64,000 nucleotides of DNA from Candidatus Levyibacteriota bacterium (GTDB lineage: Bacteria > Patescibacteriota > Microgenomatia > Levybacterales > UBA12049). Below, piece by piece: positions 57,871-64,000 of the stretch. The DNA is taken from NCBI GenBank assembly GCA_027334565.1, contig DAHWUP010000001.1, positions 16,674 to 80,673 on the forward strand, written 5' to 3'. The translations under genes and the position numbers were made by a program. Numbering within the stretch: the first letter of the stretch is position 1; the number at the start of each line of letters is the position of its first letter. A model generated the notes under the pieces. That model was not told the DNA's origin, did no database searches, and saw only the letters and a program-made list of their open reading frames with translations.

Positions 57871-59739
57871 CTAAAACAACTGTTCGAATAGAGGCTGGGA
57901 TAGTTTGGCTATCTCCGAATGCATCAGTTCTTTGAGAAACTCTTCAAGGTCTGCGGTCGCGACACAAACATAAGAGTCCGCACTGCCGTAATAAACGTAA
58001 AGTGTTTTATCGATTACAACCGCTCCGCAGGGATAGACCACTCCGGCTTTAAAACCGTTGTTCTCATATGAAGCATCCGGTTCAAGGATCGCGGACTTAC
58101 TTCGATGCAACACCTTGGTCGGGTCTTTAAGATCCAAAAGCATTGCGCCGACTTTATATTTTGAGGAATCTTGTTCACCGACCGACTGGTAAATCAACAG
58201 CCATCCGTATTTTGTTTTAATCGGCGGCGCGCCGGCTCCGATCTTCCTTGAATCCCAAAAATCGGGACGCGGCTCGATCTTATATTCTCCCTTGAGCCAT
58301 TTGGTTCCGTCGAAATTAAGATCGTCCACGAAATCTATGAGGATGTTCGGATAAATTCTGTGCATGATCACGAATTTTCCGTTTATTTTCTCGGGAAAGA
58401 TCACACAGGATTTATCAACCACACCGGGCGGCGAGATCAAAATCGGTCTTTCCCAAAGCCATCGGCGGTTAAGAAAATTATCTTCGGAAATCGAGGTTAA
58501 AGCGACCCTCGGCGGATTTGTCCCGTCAAAAGCCACATAGGTTAAATAAAATTTATCGTCGAGCTTGGTGATCCTCGGGTCCTCAACGCCGCCGTATCCA
58601 CCGCCCGATACATAAATCAGGCTTAAATCTTCCGGGTGCAAATTATTATTGACCTCGAATTGAGCCGTGGGAGCATAAACCGGTTCTTCGAATCTTTCGT
58701 CGACATGCAGGCCGTCGGAACTGGTAGCATAACCTAAGACGGAAATATAATCGTTACCCTGAGCCCGATAGAAAAGATGGACCTTGCCCTGATAATAGAT
58801 TGCCGCAGGATTGAAGGTATTGAATGCTTCCCACGGGTTCTTGGTATTCGGACTGATGATCGGATTGTGGGCATGTCTTTCCAAGCGCAATGAAATGTCT
58901 TTGGACTTGTTTGCTTCCGAGGTTTTAAACAGTGCGAATACGGCGGCATAGATTCCCCCACCCTCATTCTGCCAATAGGAAATAAGCTGGCCGTTTATCA
59001 AACCCGTACCTATCAAAGAAAGCTTGGTATTTTGCGAAGGCGGAGTAACCCAAACCGGTTCTTTTGCCCTCCAAAGTAAATGCGAAGGATTGTTTAGGTC
59101 AAAAAGCGCAACTCCGGTCATGTACTGACCCGACACAAACGAATTATACAAAACCAGAATTCCTTTTCCTGTCACCAGAACGTATGAAACCTCCAAATCT
59201 CCCTGATCGAAATATTCTTTTCTTGGTGCCAAAACGCAGGTGGATTTTTCCCATTCCACCAAGTTTTTCGAATAATACAGATGGATCGACTTACTCCCCC
59301 CGTACATAAAGAATTTCTTGTCGTTGACAAAATTACCAACGATTGTCCCGTTCTCGTTGAACTTAAGCATCGACCCTTCGTAACCAAAATCCTCTTCAAG
59401 CGTTTTCGCCCAGGCTTTTTCGATCGTTTCCTCGTTACTAACGGCTTTGCGGTAGGTTAAAAGCAGTTCATCACCGAAGTTATAGAGATTAAAGTTTGAA
59501 GTTTTGGAAACATCCTCTTTTTCGCCTTTATCTTTGACGATCGAGAAAACGCGGGTTTCTTTGTTAAAGTCCAAACCGTCGTCGCTTACGGCAATCTCGA
59601 AGCTATCGCTTGCAGACTTATGAGGTTGAAATAGTAAATAAACTTTATCTTCTTGAGAATAAACACCCAACCCACGGGCAGTGGACAGTTTCCCCAATGC
59701 AATTATAGGCTGCCTTTGGGCTCCTTTTTTATCATCCAT
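57871..59739 (-). CDS. GH130-family glycosidase/phosphorylase with an extra degenerate N-terminal propeller
   Basis: C-terminal half has NPII.P, TFNPAA, YRAQ, GVEDPRI, DKSCVIFPEKING, KIGAGAPPI, VVYPCG, YYGSAD. Confidence 0.85.
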   Translation of the reverse strand: MDDKKGAQRQPIIALGKLSTARGLGVYSQEDKVYLLFQPHKSASDSFEIAVSDDGLDFNKETRVFSIVKDKGEKEDVSKTSNFNLYNFGDELLLTYRKAVSNEETIEKAWAKTLEEDFGYEGSMLKFNENGTIVGNFVNDKKFFMYGGSKSIHLYYSKNLVEWEKSTCVLAPRKEYFDQGDLEVSYVLVTGKGILVLYNSFVSGQYMTGVALFDLNNPSHLLWRAKEPVWVTPPSQNTKLSLIGTGLINGQLISYWQNEGGGIYAAVFALFKTSEANKSKDISLRLERHAHNPIISPNTKNPWEAFNTFNPAAIYYQGKVHLFYRAQGNDYISVLGYATSSDGLHVDERFEEPVYAPTAQFEVNNNLHPEDLSLIYVSGGGYGGVEDPRITKLDDKFYLTYVAFDGTNPPRVALTSISEDNFLNRRWLWERPILISPPGVVDKSCVIFPEKINGKFVIMHRIYPNILIDFVDDLNFDGTKWLKGEYKIEPRPDFWDSRKIGAGAPPIKTKYGWLLIYQSVGEQDSSKYKVGAMLLDLKDPTKVLHRSKSAILEPDASYENNGFKAGVVYPCGAVVIDKTLYVYYGSADSYVCVATADLEEFLKELMHSEIAKLSQPLFEQLF

Positions 59740-59858
59740 AAACGGGTCAGAATTTATGTTCTGATTTTAGACTAGCAATTATTTTAAGGTTAGTCAATAC
59801 GCATAAATATTAGAGGCCATAATTTGTATTTACGTCGTAATCTTAATATAATTTATGA

Positions 59859-60575
59859 ATGATAAAACAAAACTTAGCACATGGTAAGGCGGAACGAACG
59901 AATACGACGCACAAACTTAATTGGTTAAGGGCGTCCGTACTGGGTGCCGATGACGGGATCGTTTCGGTGGCGGGCCTGGTGATGGGCGTCGCCGGCGCAA
60001 CAAATTCTACCGGGACTATTTTTGCCGCCGGTTTGGCAGGTATAATCGCCGGGTCTATTTCCATGGCGGCCGGTGAATTCGTTTCGGTCAGTAGCTCCAG
60101 GGATACCGAAAAGGCATTACTTAAAAAAGAACGGTTCGAGCTTGAAAACTTCCCGCAAGAAGAATTGTCGGAATTAACCCGCATTTATGAACAAAAAGGA
60201 CTATCGCACAATACGGCTAAAAGGGTGGCCTTGGAGCTTTCCAAGAATGATGCCTTCGCCGCCCATGCCCATGCCGAGTTAAACATTGACCCCCAAAACC
60301 TCACCAACCCCTGGCATGCTGCTTTTGCCTCAGCCATGTCTTTTCTTGCCGGTGCGATCATTCCGCTACTAACAATTCTTCTTACGCCGTTAAACCTTCG
60401 TTTACCTTTAACTTTTATCTCGGTGGCTATTGCTTTGGGAGTAACAGGCTTCTTAAGCGCTAAAATAGGAGATGCGGATTCAAAGCAAGCGATTTTAAGG
60501 GTCGTTACCGGCGGGGTATTGGCAATGCTTATAACTTATTTCATAGGAAAAATGTTCGCCGTATCAGGTCTGTAG
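59859..60575 (+). CDS. VIT1/CCC1 family Fe2+/Mn2+ transporter
   Basis: LRASVLGADDGIVS, SMAAGEFVSVSS, NPWHAAFAS. Confidence 0.93.
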   Translation: MIKQNLAHGKAERTNTTHKLNWLRASVLGADDGIVSVAGLVMGVAGATNSTGTIFAAGLAGIIAGSISMAAGEFVSVSSSRDTEKALLKKERFELENFPQEELSELTRIYEQKGLSHNTAKRVALELSKNDAFAAHAHAELNIDPQNLTNPWHAAFASAMSFLAGAIIPLLTILLTPLNLRLPLTFISVAIALGVTGFLSAKIGDADSKQAILRVVTGGVLAMLITYFIGKMFAVSGL

Positions 60576-61226
60576 AAAATTTACGACCTTCTCCGGTATG
60601 TCTTCCCAGTTTTTACACTGAATCACTTTTAACGGAGTTTGGGGAATTTCCAAATTATTGTATAAAAATATAGTTCCTTTATAACTCGCGTCCAAATAAT
60701 TTATCAAAGCCGGGTTATCGTCGATTATTCCCAAAACGTGCGGGTATAAAAACCTAAGCGTTTCAGCTTTCCAGATACTCCCCTCTTCAAGCGGCAGGTC
60801 GTCGGGCTTGGCTATCACCGGAGCTTTGGGGAAACCGTGTTTTCTCAACCATTTTTCCGTTCCGGGTATGACGCTTTGACCTCTGATTGTCAAATAACAA
60901 ACCACGGGAATTATTTTATCGATCCTCTCAACCATCTTATTTGAATTTTCTATAAGTGGCAACAATTCCTGGATTTCGTTTGATTTTCTTGCCATTTCCA
61001 TCCATTCATACGCCTCGCGTGACTGCCAATGAGGGACGTTTTGAACAAGTTGATATTTCGTTCTTATTTCGGTAAGCGATAAATCTTTAGGACCTCCGAA
61101 CTTCTCCTGAAGGCTTTGCGCCCAATAACTCCACGTAAAAGACAACGTATCATCGATGTCCAAGGCTAATCCCTTAATCTTATTTTTAACAAGACCTGTC
61201 TTTAATTTTTTGACGGACATAAGCAT
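60564..61226 (-). CDS. HAD-superfamily hydrolase (5'-nucleotidase-like)
   Basis: LALDIDDTL, YLT.R, K, IIDD motifs. Confidence 0.75.
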   Translation of the reverse strand: MLMSVKKLKTGLVKNKIKGLALDIDDTLSFTWSYWAQSLQEKFGGPKDLSLTEIRTKYQLVQNVPHWQSREAYEWMEMARKSNEIQELLPLIENSNKMVERIDKIIPVVCYLTIRGQSVIPGTEKWLRKHGFPKAPVIAKPDDLPLEEGSIWKAETLRFLYPHVLGIIDDNPALINYLDASYKGTIFLYNNLEIPQTPLKVIQCKNWEDIPEKVVNFLQT

Positions 61227-61271
61227 GAACCTATTATAACAGAGGCTAAAAATCGAAATTTTGCACCTAGA

Positions 61272-63026
61272 TCAATAGCCCAATTTTGTTATCAGGATGA
61301 TATGATCGACGTTATATGCCGGATCCGCGATCGCATGGATTACATAATTTGAGAGCCTGGCATCGGTAGTTGCCACCAGCTGTTGTAAAACAGGTGTCGT
61401 TTGGTTGGTTACGTCTATCGCGGTGATATCGCTTTTTGAGATAGCACTGATGCAGTTTTCCAGCGAAACGGGTTGAAAAGTCGCAAGGTTAAGGCCGGGT
61501 TTGTCGAAAAATTGAAAACCCAGTATATCGCTGTCCCAGAGACTTTGAGAAAGCATCACCTTTGCTCCCCGGGTTTGATTGAGATAATTTATCAGCGTCT
61601 GCTGCGCCGCATTATGAAAATAATAATTCCAGTAGTAATTCTGAGGATTCACTTTAAGTTGGTTAAAATACCAGTTCCAGTTTAAAAAACAGCTAATTAA
61701 AACTATGGCACTTAAAGCTATCGTTATCTCTTTTACATGAGTTTTTTTACCTTTTACATAAATGGCAAAAAGTCCGAATGCAGCCGCAAACAATATCACT
61801 GCTATCCAGCCGGAAATTCTTAAAGCATGAGGATGTCCCAATCCGTAATAATGAAACTCGGAGATCCGTTCGATCGAAAAAATATCGCTTACAAAAGGGG
61901 GGAACATCAACAAGAATGTAACCCAAAACAAACCTCTCTTTCTAACATACAGGTAGATAAAACCGATTGCGGCCAGGACGATTGTTATAGGCCCAAAAGG
62001 CGGGATACCCGCAGGATTATGTTCCGGATTCGGATCGCCCGTGATTGGGAACGTGCCTGTTCGGTATATGTTGCCCCAAAATTCTTTGACGAATTCGGTC
62101 GGGCTATAATGCTGTGCAAAAATCGAGATGTCGGATGCCCTTGACCAAAGCTGCTGCGGATACAAGAACTGAAAACTGACCAGAGCCGTTCCGGCGACAA
62201 AAATGATTCCAAAAAACAACAGCACCCTGGACAAATACTTTTTGGGGTTATCTTTTCTGATCAGATAGATCGTGATTATCATAATCGCAATGGCAAAAGG
62301 CCGGAAGTTTAAATATGTATATAAACCGCCGACCAAAGAAAGCCCCACCGCCAAAAGATAATATAAATTTTTTGTTTTATGGTATAAAGCCAAAAATATG
62401 GCCGTTAAGACCTGGAAAAACAACGAAGGGATAGGCTCATAAGCAAGACGTGAAAGAACGATTTGCGTATATTGAAATGCCATCAACAGGGCTCCTAAAA
62501 TCGATATCGGAACAGGTAAATAAAGCCGAAGCAAAATATAAAAAATGCCGACGGTCAAAGCGCCCATCACGGCGATCGGAAGCCTTAAAGCCAAAACCGT
62601 ATGCCCCAAAAGCTCGACGCTTGTACCGATGGCGTAAGTAACCGGCATCGAGTAAGGATGATCAAGCACAAAAGGCGGTAACTGGTTTTGTTTGATAAAA
62701 CTTACGGCATAGGTTCCGACGGCGATCTCGTCGCCCCAAAGCCCCGGAGATAACTCATCTATCTTATATAATCTTATCCAAAGAGACAGAACTATTAAAA
62801 GAAAGACCAGAACGATTTCTTTGTTATGAGCTTTGATCGTGCCGAAAATATCCGTTTTGGCAAAAATAATTACCCAAAGGATAATGATAGTCGCAAAATG
62901 GATGAACATCAAATAGGTCGGGTAAGATCTTGTGTACAAAAACAAAAAGAACAAAAAGGTGTTAAAAACGGCAATCAAACCGATTATTTTAAAGGAGATT
63001 GACAAGCCAAATATTTTGGATAACAT
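61272..63026 (-). CDS. GT-C glycosyltransferase (ArnT/PMT-like)
   Basis: PGLWGDE, ALRLP, LSRLAYE, GLYTY; many TMs. Confidence 0.82.
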   Translation of the reverse strand: MLSKIFGLSISFKIIGLIAVFNTFLFFLFLYTRSYPTYLMFIHFATIIILWVIIFAKTDIFGTIKAHNKEIVLVFLLIVLSLWIRLYKIDELSPGLWGDEIAVGTYAVSFIKQNQLPPFVLDHPYSMPVTYAIGTSVELLGHTVLALRLPIAVMGALTVGIFYILLRLYLPVPISILGALLMAFQYTQIVLSRLAYEPIPSLFFQVLTAIFLALYHKTKNLYYLLAVGLSLVGGLYTYLNFRPFAIAIMIITIYLIRKDNPKKYLSRVLLFFGIIFVAGTALVSFQFLYPQQLWSRASDISIFAQHYSPTEFVKEFWGNIYRTGTFPITGDPNPEHNPAGIPPFGPITIVLAAIGFIYLYVRKRGLFWVTFLLMFPPFVSDIFSIERISEFHYYGLGHPHALRISGWIAVILFAAAFGLFAIYVKGKKTHVKEITIALSAIVLISCFLNWNWYFNQLKVNPQNYYWNYYFHNAAQQTLINYLNQTRGAKVMLSQSLWDSDILGFQFFDKPGLNLATFQPVSLENCISAISKSDITAIDVTNQTTPVLQQLVATTDARLSNYVIHAIADPAYNVDHIILITKLGY

Positions 63027-63132
63027 TTGTCAAGCTAAATATTAAAATCATTGTAGTGAAAAGGATGGAATTAATCAATCGGGTTTAATCATTTAAAAAT
63101 TTGTGGCGATTGATGATATAATGATATAACTT

Positions 63133-63681
63133 ATGTTATGTCCAAACTGCCGGAGCCTACTATCACCGGAAAGATTTCAATCCATTAACGTCCACGAATG
63201 CAAAATTTGCCGGGGCAGGTGGTTTGAGGGCAAAGAATTGATAAGAGCGATTGAGAATAAGGATGTGGATTTAAGATGGAAAAACTTTTCCCTGTTTGAG
63301 GAAAAGGATAAAAAATATCAAAAATCCGCAGGAGATAAGCTTTGCCCCGAAGACGCAATTAAAATGTTGCATCTTAAATATTTAAACTCGGGTGTTAATA
63401 TCGACAAATGCGAGACGTGCGGGGGAATCTGGCTTGACAAGAATGAATTCGAGGCGATATTGCAATATCTTGAACAACTTCTTGTCCTAGAAACCGCCCC
63501 GGACTACGCAAGAGACGCATGGAGTAAATTTACCGAAATAGGCAGCGTGCACGATGGTATCATTTCGGAACTTAAAGACTTTTTGGTGGTGCTAAAGTTG
63601 TTCGAAATGAGAATAGTCGCGGAACATCCGACGATGCAGACGGCTATAGAAAAAACCTTGGAATACAGTCCGTTTAATTAA
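63133..63681 (+). CDS. zf-TFIIB-type double zinc-ribbon protein
   Basis: CPNC..ECKICRGRWFE.KEL and CPED..DKCETCGGIWLDKNE. Confidence 0.8.
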   Translation: MLCPNCRSLLSPERFQSINVHECKICRGRWFEGKELIRAIENKDVDLRWKNFSLFEEKDKKYQKSAGDKLCPEDAIKMLHLKYLNSGVNIDKCETCGGIWLDKNEFEAILQYLEQLLVLETAPDYARDAWSKFTEIGSVHDGIISELKDFLVVLKLFEMRIVAEHPTMQTAIEKTLEYSPFN

Positions 63682-63690
63682 AATAAAACT

Positions 63691-64000
63691 TCAAGCCTTT
63701 GAAGTCTCCAATTTTTGTTCCCTAGCGAACCTCTCGAATGCAAGTTTTATTAACCCTTCGATAAGTTTAGTGTAAGAAATTCCGCTTGCCTCCCAGAGCT
63801 TCGGATACATGCTGATTTTGGTAAACCCCGGTATCGTATTTATTTCGTTTACGACGATTTGCCCGTTATTTTTTAGAAAAAAGTCCACCCTTCCCATTCC
63901 CTCACATTGCAAAGTTTTATATGCTTTTATCGCCAGTTCTTGGACTTTTAAAGTTTCTTCGGCAGTCAGGGATGCGGGAATTTTAAGTAACGCTCCGTTC
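63691..64000 (-). CDS. ddl: D-alanine--D-alanine ligase, C-terminal part (5'-truncated by window edge)
   Basis: Frame is open to the edge: IPASL...[27 protein letters not shown]. Confidence 0.93.
   Translation of the reverse strand, partial: NGALLKIPASLTAEETLKVQELAIKAYKTLQCEGMGRVDFFLKNNGQIVVNEINTIPGFTKISMYPKLWEASGISYTKLIEGLIKLAFERFAREQKLETSKA

Noticed and set aside
1205-62641. Numerous 60-160 aa ORFs antisense or out of frame within long genes
   Set aside because: Shadow ORFs of well-supported genes, with no motifs or expression signals.

Overview
Bacterial chromosomal window with compact genes, many overlapping start/stop codons and few Shine-Dalgarno sites. The gene content is typical of a Patescibacteria/CPR (Microgenomates-like) organism; this is inference, as no rRNA is present. 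Layout: (1) 1-24.2 kb, a mostly minus-strand cell-surface glycosylation cluster with ten membrane GT-C-type glycosyltransferases, two polyprenol-P-sugar synthase-like GT2s, three other GT2s, a GT4 and a flippase. One GT-C is fused to the non-catalytic MecA_N/PBP-dimer module of a class B PBP. (2) A MarR-regulated MFS efflux operon with two adaptors, tRNA-Glu(CTC), hpt, dipZ, an atypical P1B ATPase, lon with a CIRCE-like site, and an MgtE-N/CBS + NRAMP pair. (3) A ~2250-aa LPxTG surface protein with 14 Cys-containing CnaB/SpaA-like repeats, a partner protein and a sortase. (4) msrB, pyrD, a MacAB-like ABC operon, an OmpR-family two-component system, GH130, VIT, HAD, a further GT-C and a partial ddl. 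Top candidate for an undescribed system: four promoters share the architecture YYT(A/C)AG-N5-TTT(A/C)AG-N10-TAnnnT, which resembles the streptococcal CiaR box. Two drive the TCS itself and the ABC exporter. The other two drive a pair of convergent, terminator-bounded small RNAs in the unannotated 49.45-49.80 kb intergenic region.
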